Source: an uncultured SAR86 cluster bacterium
GTDB lineage: Bacteria; Pseudomonadota; Gammaproteobacteria; Magnimaribacterales; AG-339-G14
Assembly: GCA_902527995.1 (NCBI GenBank)
Contig: CABZRA010000001.1
Location: 20,923-84,922 of the forward strand
DNA: 64,000 bases
Reading direction: 5' to 3'
Under the pieces are notes generated by a model, which saw only the letters and a program-made list of their open reading frames with translations, made no database searches and was not told the origin of the DNA. The number at the start of each line of letters is the position of its first letter. The first letter of the stretch is position 1. Positions 55,331 through 64,000 of this stretch are shown here, one piece after another. The position numbers were made by a program, and so were the translations under genes.

Positions 55331-55999
55331 ATGCCAAAACAATCAAACATAATCGCACCATCGATTTTATCTGCAGATTTTTCAAGGCTGGGAGAAGAAG
55401 TCTTGGATGTGTTAGATGCTGGCGCAGACTGGATTCATTTTGATGTTATGGACAATCATTTTGTTCCGAATTTAACTGTAGGACCCATGGTATGTAAATC
55501 ATTGCGAGAAAATAATATTTCTTGTCCAATCGATGTGCATCTGATGGTACAACCAGTTGATGATTTAATAAAAATGTTTGCTGATTCAGGAGCTTCATCA
55601 ATAACTTTCCATCCAGAAGCTTCTGAAGATCCGGAAAAATCTTTAACTTTAATTGAAGATTTAGGATGTAAACCAGGGTTGGTTTTAAATCCAGATATTT
55701 CACTTGACATTATTAATCCTTATTTAGAAAACCTTTATATGGTCCTGCTTATGAGCGTATTTCCGGGATTTGGCGGTCAAAAATTTATCCCTGAGGTGTT
55801 AGATAAGGTAAAAAACCTTAGAACATTAATAGATGAAAAAAATATTGCAACTCGATTGGAAATTGATGGCGGAGTAAATTCAAAAAATATTTCTGAGATT
55901 TCTAAAGCAGGCGCTGATACTTTTGTTGCTGGATCTGCCATTTTTAATGTTAAAAACTATTCCGATGCTATTAAAAACTTTAGGAATAATTTTTCTTAA
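55331..55999 (+). CDS. rpe: Ribulose-phosphate 3-epimerase
   Basis: IAPSILSADF, HFDVMDNHFVPNLT, DVHLMV, FPGFGGQKF and IDGGV. Confidence 0.95.
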   Translation: MPKQSNIIAPSILSADFSRLGEEVLDVLDAGADWIHFDVMDNHFVPNLTVGPMVCKSLRENNISCPIDVHLMVQPVDDLIKMFADSGASSITFHPEASEDPEKSLTLIEDLGCKPGLVLNPDISLDIINPYLENLYMVLLMSVFPGFGGQKFIPEVLDKVKNLRTLIDEKNIATRLEIDGGVNSKNISEISKAGADTFVAGSAIFNVKNYSDAIKNFRNNFS

Positions 56000-56375
56000 T
56001 CTTAATATCAACATAATTCTTGCTAGCGAAATTGATAGCATTAAATGTGTTGACGGGTTTTCCTTTGAAAATAATTCAAAAAGTTGTGTCAAATTTTTGA
56101 CAAGTGAAAATGAAAGAAAAAAAGGTCTGATGTTTCAAAAAAAGTTAGAGCCTGATCATGAGCTTCATTTTTTATGGAATGATTCAAAATATCGATGCAT
56201 GTGGATGAAAAATACTAGCATTCCAATTGATATACTTTTCATTGATGAAAAGAAAAATTTTGTTCTAGAAGAAGGAATGCCTTTTTCAAAGAAAAAAATT
56301 TGTCACGAAGCAAAAATTGTTATTGAGGCTAATAAGGGTGAGTTAGCACAAAAATATGCTTTACTCTATGAATGA
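55965..56375 (+). CDS. DUF192-domain protein
   Basis: ERKKGLMFQKKL...HFLW......WMKNTSIPIDILFID matches the DUF192 pattern. The start is uncertain. M15 of the tracked ORF gives a signal-peptide-like MLLKTLGIIFLNLNINIILA and still overlaps rpe by 35 nt. Confidence 0.6.
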   Translation: MLLKTLGIIFLNLNINIILASEIDSIKCVDGFSFENNSKSCVKFLTSENERKKGLMFQKKLEPDHELHFLWNDSKYRCMWMKNTSIPIDILFIDEKKNFVLEEGMPFSKKKICHEAKIVIEANKGELAQKYALLYE

Positions 56376-56387
56376 AAGATTTTAAAA

Positions 56388-57734
56388 ATGAAAAGAAAAG
56401 CTTTTTTTAAAAATATTTCTGGAGATGGAATTTCTCCTTTAGAGATATATTTAAAGTTTCTTGATGAAAATAATTCTTACTTCTTCGAAAGTGTTGAAGG
56501 AGGAGAGAAATGGGCTAAGTACTCCATTATTGGCATACCGACTAAAAATAAGATCAACTTAGGAGATAATCCTTTAGATGAGATTGATGCATTCATGAAA
56601 TCACATCAAACAGAAAAAATTAAGGGTTTACCAGATTTTTCAGGAGGATTGGTTGGGTTTTTTAGCTATGACACGATTCGACTTATAGAAAATAAACTGA
56701 GATTTTCAAAGAAGCCAAAATTAGGTTATGACGATATTTCTTTAATGATCTCAAATGAAATTATCGTTTATGACAATTATGAGAAAAGTTTATTTATTAT
56801 TGTGAATGATTACGAGAACAACGAAAAAAATGCCTATATTAGAATCGAAGAGATACTTGAGAAGATAAAGTCTCCTAGTACTGAAAAACTACAGCCAAAA
56901 AAAAATAATATAAAATTTATTTCTTCAGTTTCTAAAGAAAATTATTTAAAAAACGTTGAAACAATCAAAGATTACATTCTTGAAGGAGATGTAATGCAAG
57001 TAGTTTATGGTCAAGAGTTTTCAAGTCCTTTTACTGGCTCTCCCATATCTTTGTATAAGGCGTTGAGAAAATTAAATCCTTCACCCTATATGTATTTTTT
57101 GAAGATAGATGATCTACACATTGTCGGTGCTTCACCAGAAATCTTAGTGAGACTTCAAAATAATCAGGTAACTGTAAGACCAATCGCTGGGACTGTTAAA
57201 AGAGGAAAAACCGATGAGGAAGACAAAGAGCTCTCGGAAAAATTAAGGAATGATGAAAAAGAAATTGCTGAGCATTTGATGTTAATTGATTTAGGAAGAA
57301 ATGATGTTGGCAGAATCGCTAAAACTGGAAGTGTTGAAACTACTGATCAAATGATCATAGAAAAATATTCCCATGTGATGCATTTGGTTTCTAACGTAAT
57401 TGGAGATCTAAAAGAAAATCAGTCTGCTATAGACGTTTTGAAAGCTACTCTACCAGCAGGAACTTTATCTGGCGCTCCAAAAGTAAGAGCTATGGAGATC
57501 ATTGATGAATTAGAGCCTGACCGTCGAGGTATCTATGGAGGTGCAATTGGTTATTTATCATGGACAGGAAATATGGATACGGCAATTGCTATCAGAACGG
57601 CTGTTATACAAGACGACATAATAAAAGTAAGGGCTGGTGGCGGAATCGTTCATGATTCTGACCCAGAATCTGAGTATCAGGAGTCTTTAAATAAAGCTCA
57701 ATCTATTTTTAATGCCATAGAGGAGATGGATTAA
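56388..57734 (+). CDS. trpE: Anthranilate synthase component I
   Basis: FFESVEGGEKWAKYSIIG, SPYMYF, GASPE, RPIAGT, IAEHLMLIDLGRND and GAPK..AMEII.ELE...RG.YGG. Confidence 0.94.
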   Translation: MKRKAFFKNISGDGISPLEIYLKFLDENNSYFFESVEGGEKWAKYSIIGIPTKNKINLGDNPLDEIDAFMKSHQTEKIKGLPDFSGGLVGFFSYDTIRLIENKLRFSKKPKLGYDDISLMISNEIIVYDNYEKSLFIIVNDYENNEKNAYIRIEEILEKIKSPSTEKLQPKKNNIKFISSVSKENYLKNVETIKDYILEGDVMQVVYGQEFSSPFTGSPISLYKALRKLNPSPYMYFLKIDDLHIVGASPEILVRLQNNQVTVRPIAGTVKRGKTDEEDKELSEKLRNDEKEIAEHLMLIDLGRNDVGRIAKTGSVETTDQMIIEKYSHVMHLVSNVIGDLKENQSAIDVLKATLPAGTLSGAPKVRAMEIIDELEPDRRGIYGGAIGYLSWTGNMDTAIAIRTAVIQDDIIKVRAGGGIVHDSDPESEYQESLNKAQSIFNAIEEMD

Positions 57735-58300
57735 TGTTATTAATGATAGATAACTATGATTCTTTTACCTACAACCTGGTTCAATATTTCGGTGAATTAG
57801 GTCAAGAGGTAAAAGTATATCGGAATGACGAAATCTGCGTTGATGAGGCAAGAGAATTAAATCCAGAATATTTAGTGATTTCTCCAGGGCCTTGCGCTCC
57901 TAAAGAGGCTGGAATTTCTTTAGATATCATTAAGGCTTTTAAGCGAGATCTTCCAATACTGGGAGTTTGTTTAGGACACCAAGCTATAGGTGAAGCTTTT
58001 GGAGGAAAAATTGTTAAAGCCCCTAAACCCATGCATGGAAAGCTTTCAAAAATTGATCATGACTCAAATTTTCTTTTTTCTAAAATAGAAAATAATTTTT
58101 CTGTTACTCGTTATCATTCTTTGACAATAGACCCCAATTCTTTGCCAGACGAAATCATGGTTAATGCAAAATCAGAAGATGGAGTAATTATGGGTATTCA
58201 ACACAGAGAATTTAATATTTCAGGAGTGCAATTTCATCCCGAATCAATCAAAACAGAAAATGGAAAAAAAATCCTTTTGAATTTTCTTGACAGTAAATGA
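57734..58300 (+). CDS. trpG: Anthranilate synthase component II (glutamine amidotransferase)
   Basis: MLLMIDNYDSFTYNLVQY, SPGPC, GVCLGHQAIG and GVQFHPES. Confidence 0.94.
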   Translation: MLLMIDNYDSFTYNLVQYFGELGQEVKVYRNDEICVDEARELNPEYLVISPGPCAPKEAGISLDIIKAFKRDLPILGVCLGHQAIGEAFGGKIVKAPKPMHGKLSKIDHDSNFLFSKIENNFSVTRYHSLTIDPNSLPDEIMVNAKSEDGVIMGIQHREFNISGVQFHPESIKTENGKKILLNFLDSK

Positions 58301-59328
58301 ATTCTCTAGAACTAATTAAAAAAGTACCTTCAGGTAATTTATCCCAAGAGGAATCAGCAAACATCATCCAAGACATCTTTCTAGGGAGAGTACCCGATCA
58401 AAAAATAGAAGATTTCTTAATTAATCTTTCTGAAAAAGGGGAAACCTCAGATGAGTTAACTGGCGCAGTTTTAGCTATGCGTAATTCCAGTATAAAAGTT
58501 AACGTAAAAACTGATAATCGTTTAGTTGATTGCTGTGGTACAGGAGGATTAGGTAAAAGCATGATGAATGTATCTACTTCTGCGGCCTTTGTTGCAGCAG
58601 CGGCTGAGGTCAAAGTTGCCAAACATGGCAACAGAACAGCGACTGGAAAAAGTGGAAGTGCTGATCTTCTTGAAGCGGCTAACTTAAACTTAAATTTATC
58701 GCCTGACCAAGTCGCAAAATGTATAGAGAAAATAGGTATTGGCTTTATTTTTGCTCAAAATTTTCATCCCGGAATGAAATATGTCATGCCTGCAAGAAAA
58801 CGAATAGCAAATAAAACGATTTTTAACTTACTTGGGCCCCTTACCAATCCGGCCAATGCAAAAAGGCAAAGTCTAGGGGTGTACGATTCTAAGTGGATTC
58901 TTCCTGTCGCAGAGACTTTAAAAAATCTTGGCGCCCATAAAGCGATGGTGTTCCATTCCAATGATGGATTAGACGAGATTAGTACGGTCGACAAAACCTT
59001 AGTAGCCGAATTGGATAATGATAATATCAAGGAATATGAAATTGACCCAAAAGCTTTTGATATTCATCAAAATAATTTGAAGGATTTACAAATAAGTTCA
59101 CCTATTGAAAGTTTAAAGCTCATTAAAGCGACTTTTCAAAATGACAATTTTTTGTCTGGTAAAGATATTACTGCTCTGAATTCAGCTGCGGTAATTTATG
59201 TCTCTGGACAGACGGATAATTTTTCTCGAGCCTTTGAGATTGCAATTAATGTTTTAGAATCTGGGAAAGCTCAAAAAAAGTTAGAGGAATTGATATCTTT
59301 TTCAAATAAATTTGATGAATCAACTTAG
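58297..59328 (+). CDS. trpD: Anthranilate phosphoribosyltransferase
   Basis: DCCGTGG, KHGNR..TGKSGSADLLEA and NLLGPLTNP. Confidence 0.94.
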   Translation: MNSLELIKKVPSGNLSQEESANIIQDIFLGRVPDQKIEDFLINLSEKGETSDELTGAVLAMRNSSIKVNVKTDNRLVDCCGTGGLGKSMMNVSTSAAFVAAAAEVKVAKHGNRTATGKSGSADLLEAANLNLNLSPDQVAKCIEKIGIGFIFAQNFHPGMKYVMPARKRIANKTIFNLLGPLTNPANAKRQSLGVYDSKWILPVAETLKNLGAHKAMVFHSNDGLDEISTVDKTLVAELDNDNIKEYEIDPKAFDIHQNNLKDLQISSPIESLKLIKATFQNDNFLSGKDITALNSAAVIYVSGQTDNFSRAFEIAINVLESGKAQKKLEELISFSNKFDEST

Positions 59329-60097
59329 CAAAATAATAGAAACTACAAAAGAAACTGTAAAAAAGTCGATTTCTTACAGACAGATTTCCTCTTTAGAGGA
59401 GGATTTTGAAAAATATTCTAAACGAGCTTTTGTAAGTGCAATTTCAGAAAAAGTATTTAAAGAGGAGACTGCAATTATAGCTGAGATAAAAAAGGCGTCT
59501 CCAAGCAAAGGTCTTATTAGAGAGGATTTTGACCCAAAAAAAATTGCTGAAGAATATGAGACCAATGGAGCGACGTGTTTGAGTATTTTGACAGATGAAC
59601 CTTTTTTTCAAGGAAAACTAGAGTATCTAGCGACCGTTAGAAATTCATGTGAACTGCCTATTTTAAGAAAAGATTTTATAATAGACCCCTATCAAATATA
59701 TGAAACAAAGGCTTATGGAGGAGATTGTATTCTTTTGATTGTTGCTGCGTTAGACATAATGCAACTAAAAGATTTTTCACAGTTGGCTCAAGAATTAGAT
59801 CTAGATATCTTAGTAGAAGTTCACTCCGAAAAGGAACTCACAGGGGCCTTATCAATAAGCCCTACCTTGGTTGGGATCAATAATAGAGATTTAACAACCT
59901 TTGAGGTCGATAAAAATTTATCTTTAAAGTTATCCAAAAAGATCCCCAGAGATATCACCGTGGTTTCAGAGAGTGGAATAAATTCAAAAGAAGATATCCT
60001 GTCATCAAAAGAGCAGGGCATACATAGTTTTTTAATCGGAGAGAGTTTGATGAGAGAACCTAGTCCAGGAGAAGCTTTAAAAAAAATACTTGATTAA
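59312..60097 (+). CDS. trpC: Indole-3-glycerol phosphate synthase
   Basis: IIAEIKKASPSKG, LSILTDEPFFQG, LRKDFIIDPYQI, VEVH, GINNRDL and VSESGI. Confidence 0.94.
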   Translation: MMNQLSKIIETTKETVKKSISYRQISSLEEDFEKYSKRAFVSAISEKVFKEETAIIAEIKKASPSKGLIREDFDPKKIAEEYETNGATCLSILTDEPFFQGKLEYLATVRNSCELPILRKDFIIDPYQIYETKAYGGDCILLIVAALDIMQLKDFSQLAQELDLDILVEVHSEKELTGALSISPTLVGINNRDLTTFEVDKNLSLKLSKKIPRDITVVSESGINSKEDILSSKEQGIHSFLIGESLMREPSPGEALKKILD

Positions 60098-60102
60098 AAA
60101 AA

Positions 60103-61368
60103 TTATTGTTTTCTTTTACCAATGTCCTTTCTGTAAAAAGAACCTTCCCAATTTATTTTCGATGTTGCTTTGTAAGTTATTTCATAGGCATCATTCAAAT
60201 CATCGCCTAGACCAGTCACGCACAAAACTCTACCCCCGTTAGAACGAATTTCATTTAGCTCCTTTTTTGTTCCACAATGAAAAACTTTGACAGATGAACT
60301 TTCTTCGCAAATTCCAGATATTGGGAATCCTATTTTATAATTTTCAGGATATCCTTCAGAAGCCATAACAACTCCTAATGCGAACCTATCATCCCACTCA
60401 ATGGATTGATTTTGCAATTTTTTACTTGCAGCCTTAAAACATAAATCTAAAAAATCACTTTTCATTCTCATTAATATTGGTTGTGTCTCAGGGTCTCCAA
60501 ATCTGCAGTTATATTCCAAAACTTTAATATCCTCCCCATCAATCATTAAGCCAGCATACAAGAAACCTTTATATACTATGTTTCTTCTTTTAAGCTCGTT
60601 CAAAGTAGGCTGAATTATCTCGTAAAGGACTTTTTTATTGAATTCCTCGGTAATTAAAGGAGTAGGTGAAAAAGCACCCATCCCTCCTGTATTAGGACCT
60701 TTGTCACCCTCGTCTCTTTGTTTGTGATCTTGAGAGCTCGCTAAAGGCACGATATTCTCTCCATCACAGAGGACAATAAAACTTGCCTCTTCACCATTCA
60801 AAAACTCTTCAATAACTAAATTATTCCCCGCGGAGCCTAATTTTTTGGCGACCATCAAAGAATTTAAAGCTTCCAAGGCTTCTTCTCTAGAAAAAGCAAC
60901 AATCACTCCTTTACCTCCGGCGAGTCCATCCGCTTTAAGGACAATAGGAATATCACAATTTTCAATAAATTTTTTTGCTATTAAGGGATCAGAAAAGACT
61001 TTGTAGTCAGCGGTTGGAATGTTCGCTCTCTTCAAAACGTCTTTCATAAAGATTTTTGAACCTTCCATTTGCGCGGCAAGTTTATTTGGCCCCAAACAGA
61101 GTAAGTTATTATCTTCAAATAGATCAATTAAGCCCAGGACTAGTGGCGCTTCAGGACCAACTATAGTTAGGTCTATTTCTTGTTTTTTTGCAAACGATAG
61201 TAATCCTTGCAAATCCTCTGCTTTTAAATCAACATTTTCTGTTTTAGGCTCTTCCTCTGTGCCAGCATTTCCCGGAGCCACATATATTTTTGTACACAAT
61301 TCACTTTGAGATAGTTTCCATGCAAGCGCATGTTCTCTGCCACCAGAACCAATCACTAGAACTTTCAT
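60103..61368 (-). CDS. purD: Phosphoribosylamine-glycine ligase
   Basis: MKVLVIGSGGREHALAWKL, ADGLAGGKGV, EEFL.GEE.S, EYNCRFGDPE and RVLCVTG. Confidence 0.95.
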   Translation of the reverse strand: MKVLVIGSGGREHALAWKLSQSELCTKIYVAPGNAGTEEEPKTENVDLKAEDLQGLLSFAKKQEIDLTIVGPEAPLVLGLIDLFEDNNLLCLGPNKLAAQMEGSKIFMKDVLKRANIPTADYKVFSDPLIAKKFIENCDIPIVLKADGLAGGKGVIVAFSREEALEALNSLMVAKKLGSAGNNLVIEEFLNGEEASFIVLCDGENIVPLASSQDHKQRDEGDKGPNTGGMGAFSPTPLITEEFNKKVLYEIIQPTLNELKRRNIVYKGFLYAGLMIDGEDIKVLEYNCRFGDPETQPILMRMKSDFLDLCFKAASKKLQNQSIEWDDRFALGVVMASEGYPENYKIGFPISGICEESSSVKVFHCGTKKELNEIRSNGGRVLCVTGLGDDLNDAYEITYKATSKINWEGSFYRKDIGKRKQ

Positions 61369-62928
61369 TTAGTGTCTAAAATGTCTCATTCCAGTAAAAA
61401 TCATTATCATGTTTGCTTCATCAGCAGCTGAAATCACTTCTTCGTCTCTGATAGAACCTCCAGGCTGAATAACACATGAAATTCCGTTTTTTGCAGCTTC
61501 ATCAATACTATCTCTGAATGGAAAGAAGGCATCTGAGGCCATACATGAGTCTTTTAAATTAAATCCTGCTTTATTAGCTTTTCTTACTGCAATTTCTGCA
61601 CTATCTATTCTGCTCATCTGCCCAGCACCAATTCCTAAGGTTTGGTTATTAAAGGCGTAAACAATTGCGTTTGATTTAACATATTTACAAACTTTCCAGG
61701 CAAAAAGAGAATTAGTTAATTCATCTTGATTTGGAATTCTTTTCGAAACAGTTTTTAAGTCATTTACATCAATTTCTCCTGTATCGATGCTTTGAAGGAG
61801 TAGGCCAGAATTTACTGAATGAAATTGCATGCCTGAGTCGCTTTTTTTTAAATTTTTGATTTCTAATAATCTGACATTTTTTTTATCTTGAAAAGACCTT
61901 AATGCACCATTTGTAAATTTCGGTGCTGCCAAGACCTCTATAAATTGATTATCCTTTAAAAAATTAGATGTTTTTTCGTCCAATTCCCTATTAAAAGCAA
62001 TGATTCCTCCAAAAGCTGAATTTGGATCACAAGCGAATGCTTTTTTATAAGCGTCTAAAATATTTTCAGAGGAAGCTACTCCACAAGGATTAGCATGCTT
62101 CACTATTACACAAGTAGGCTTAGAAAAATTAGAAACACATTCTATGGCAGCGTCTGTATCCGAAATATTATTGTAAGAAAGTTCTTTTCCTTGCATTTGA
62201 ACAGCTGACGAAATCCCAGATGATTCTTTATTGTTATCTAAATAAAATGCTGCTTTTTGATGTGGATTCTCCCCATATCTCAACTTGTCAGTTTTACTAA
62301 ATTTTCCAAAAATAGAGTTAGGAAAGTCATTTTGACCTAGCGTCTCAAGATAATCTGAAATAGCTAGATCATAATGTGAAATTAAGCTGAAAGCTTTTTT
62401 AGAAAGCATCAGTCTAGTTTCATAAGAAATTTCTTTATTTTTTACAAACTCATTTTTAAAGTTTTCATAGTCGTTTGGAGAAGATATTACAGCTACATGA
62501 TAAAAGTTTTTTGCTGCAGCTCTGGTCATTGCAGGACCACCTATGTCTATATTTTCAATTGCATCTTCCAAAGAGCTTTGCTTTGAAATTGTTTTTTCAA
62601 AAGGGTATAGATTGACTACTATAAGGTCAATTTCCTCTATAGAATTTTTCTCTATTTCATTTTTATCTTGAATCCTTCTAGATAGGATTCCTGCGTGAAC
62701 TTTAGGATGTAAAGTTTTGACTCTTCCTCCCATCATTTCCGGAGATCCAGTAAAAGATGCAATATCTGTCACCTCAATATTATTTTCCTTTAAATGTCGT
62801 AGAGTGCCTCCGGTAGAAATAATTTCAACATTCTCTTTTTGCAAAAATTTAGCTAACTCTATAATGCCAGTTTTATCTGAAACACTTAGCAAAGCTCTTC
62901 GTATTTTTATGGAAGAGTTTTTTGACAT
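61369..62928 (-). CDS. purH: Bifunctional AICAR transformylase / IMP cyclohydrolase
   Basis: ALLSVSDKTG, STGGT, GRVKTLHPKVH, NLYPF, KHANPCG, GIGAGQMSR and QPGGSIRD. Confidence 0.95.
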   Translation of the reverse strand: MSKNSSIKIRRALLSVSDKTGIIELAKFLQKENVEIISTGGTLRHLKENNIEVTDIASFTGSPEMMGGRVKTLHPKVHAGILSRRIQDKNEIEKNSIEEIDLIVVNLYPFEKTISKQSSLEDAIENIDIGGPAMTRAAAKNFYHVAVISSPNDYENFKNEFVKNKEISYETRLMLSKKAFSLISHYDLAISDYLETLGQNDFPNSIFGKFSKTDKLRYGENPHQKAAFYLDNNKESSGISSAVQMQGKELSYNNISDTDAAIECVSNFSKPTCVIVKHANPCGVASSENILDAYKKAFACDPNSAFGGIIAFNRELDEKTSNFLKDNQFIEVLAAPKFTNGALRSFQDKKNVRLLEIKNLKKSDSGMQFHSVNSGLLLQSIDTGEIDVNDLKTVSKRIPNQDELTNSLFAWKVCKYVKSNAIVYAFNNQTLGIGAGQMSRIDSAEIAVRKANKAGFNLKDSCMASDAFFPFRDSIDEAAKNGISCVIQPGGSIRDEEVISAADEANMIMIFTGMRHFRH

Positions 62929-62930
62929 TA

Positions 62931-63176
62931 CTAAATAAGTTTGTGGGCTTTTAATTTTGTTCTAAGAGTTCCCCTGTTTATGCCTAACATTTTACTTGCT
63001 TCAGACTGATTCCAATTACAATGAATCATTACTTCTTCTAGTAGAGGTTTTTCAACTTCTTTCATAACCATCTCAAAGACATCTTTTGCTTTGTTCCCGT
63101 CCAAATTTTTAAAATACCTTCTCATTGAGAGTCCTACTTGATATTTCAGGGTTTTTTTTTCTTCGTTTGCTGCCAT
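62931..63176 (-). CDS. fis: DNA-binding protein Fis (short form)
   Basis: The C-terminal HTH NQSEASKMLGINRGTLRTKLK is diagnostic. Lies upstream of purH. 81 aa. Confidence 0.85.
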   Translation of the reverse strand: MAANEEKKTLKYQVGLSMRRYFKNLDGNKAKDVFEMVMKEVEKPLLEEVMIHCNWNQSEASKMLGINRGTLRTKLKAHKLI

Positions 63177-63178
63177 TT

Positions 63179-63736
63179 CTAGTTAATTATTGAAGATAGT
63201 TGATTTCCTAATCTCAATAAATCAAATTTATTTCCCCTTTTATTTAATTCAGTTATTGAACAATTATCTGGATAAAAGCAGACCATAGATGCATTATTTT
63301 CTATATGAGCTACTATAGTATTTATCACCATAAAATGGGAAAAAATAATTGTTGGTTTTTCAATTTTTTTAATTTCTGAAATTATTTTGTCACGCCAATT
63401 TTTTTGAGGATTTTCAAGTTCGTCTATATTTTTATTAAAAATCTCTTTTAACCATTTTTGCCGATTTTTAAAAGAAACCCCAGGAGATGGAATCTCAGCA
63501 AAGGCAGGATCAATTGATAGATGTTTATTAAGTTTTGTTTTTAACTTTTCAGCAGTTTCTATGGCTCTTTTCAAGGGACTACTTATCAAATCAAAATTTT
63601 CAATATCTTCAAACTTGAATAAAGTATCAGCACATTCTAAAGCCTGAGTAACCCCTAAATTACTCAATCCAGGGTCTGAAGATTCTTCCCAAGAAGCAGA
63701 TGCTTCCCCGTGTCGAACTAATATAAGTTTCGTCAT
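63179..63736 (-). CDS. Histidine-phosphatase superfamily protein (PGAM/SixA-like)
   Basis: LILVRHGEA (RHG catalytic motif), SSPLKRAIETA and a later SHF(H) motif. 185 aa. Confidence 0.7.
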   Translation of the reverse strand: MTKLILVRHGEASASWEESSDPGLSNLGVTQALECADTLFKFEDIENFDLISSPLKRAIETAEKLKTKLNKHLSIDPAFAEIPSPGVSFKNRQKWLKEIFNKNIDELENPQKNWRDKIISEIKKIEKPTIIFSHFMVINTIVAHIENNASMVCFYPDNCSITELNKRGNKFDLLRLGNQLSSIIN

Positions 63737-63772
63737 ATTTTAATTCTTGTCGAGATTATGAATAATAACCGA

Positions 63773-64000
63773 ATGAGAATACCAAGGATATATTATCCTA
63801 AAGAACTTAGAGAAAATTCTAAAATAAAATTAACTGCTAAAGGATTCAATCATTTAAAAGTTCTTAAACTAAACAAAGGGAACAAGGTCGAAATCTTCAA
63901 TGGCAAAGGAAAAACTTCGATTGGAGTAATAGAATATTTTGGTCGTGATGAATTATCAATAAGACTTAATGAAAAAATAAATCAAGAAACTGAAATTTTT
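63773..64000 (+). CDS. rsmE: 16S rRNA (uracil1498-N3)-methyltransferase, N-terminal part (3' end cut by window edge)
   Basis: My own translation from the ATG at 63773 gives MRIPRIYYPKELRENSKIKLTAKGFNHLKVLKLNKGNKVEIFNGKGKTSIGVIEYFG..., the typical RsmE PUA-like N-terminus. It is open to the end of the window. An in-frame ATG at 63758 is an alternative start. It is absent from the ORF track because it has no stop. Confidence 0.8.
   Translation, partial: MRIPRIYYPKELRENSKIKLTAKGFNHLKVLKLNKGNKVEIFNGKGKTSIGVIEYFGRDELSIRLNEKINQETEIF

Noticed and set aside
1-64000. Searched by eye for CRISPR arrays, IS elements or transposases, integrases, phage genes, toxin-antitoxin pairs, restriction-modification or other defence genes, and rRNA, tmRNA, RNase P or SRP RNAs
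   Set aside because: None were found. Every ORF over ~60 aa that is not a shadow ORF has a metabolic, envelope or housekeeping assignment. The longest non-coding stretches are under 190 nt and lack repeats.

Overview
This 64-kb window is very AT-rich and extremely gene-dense, and it looks like a chromosomal segment of a streamlined Gammaproteobacterium. I call about 67 CDS and one tRNA-Phe(GAA). I found no rRNA, CRISPR array, transposase, integrase or phage genes, and no obvious repeat family.

From about 17 kb onward the window is core housekeeping DNA in Pseudomonas/E. coli-like blocks:
- mutY-yggX and hisBHAF
- gpmA head-to-head with a yibN-like rhodanese
- GS-ntrB-ntrC, then yqiB-yqiA
- ubiA, rubredoxin and a membrane pyrophosphatase
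- gmk-rpoZ-spoT-ridA-recG, then pyrE and ribE
- rpsU head-to-head with tsaD-folB-folK
- lptD-surA-pdxA-rsmA-apaH-cca, then amgK-murU and rpe
- trpEGDC, fis-purH-purD and the start of rsmE

A marine SAR86-like lineage is only a guess, based on AT-richness, compaction and TonB-receptor content.

The first ~17 kb look accessory. They hold two TonB-dependent receptors, a wHTH regulator, and a Cys-type sulfatase translationally coupled to a VTT/DedA membrane protein. They also hold a Met/His-rich outer-membrane barrel, a GST / kappa-GST-like / CoA-transferase group, pip, tRNA-Phe, a Gfo/Idh/MocA-aldo-keto-reductase fusion and a GH3-PA14 beta-glucosidase.

I see no clear-cut new defence or mobile system. 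The most interesting candidates are:
- the receptor / sulfatase / DedA / OMP locus
- the oxidoreductase fusion
- two apparent in-situ non-orthologous displacements: GSII in the glnA slot upstream of ntrBC, and dPGM in the slot held by cofactor-independent PGM in E. coli
- a pyrophosphatase whose signature residues predict K+-dependent Na+ pumping
- an LptD without the C-terminal cysteine pair
- near-absence of intergenic DNA, including overlapping convergent genes and very few intrinsic terminators

All functional calls rest on motifs I recognised by eye in the supplied translations. No database search was run.
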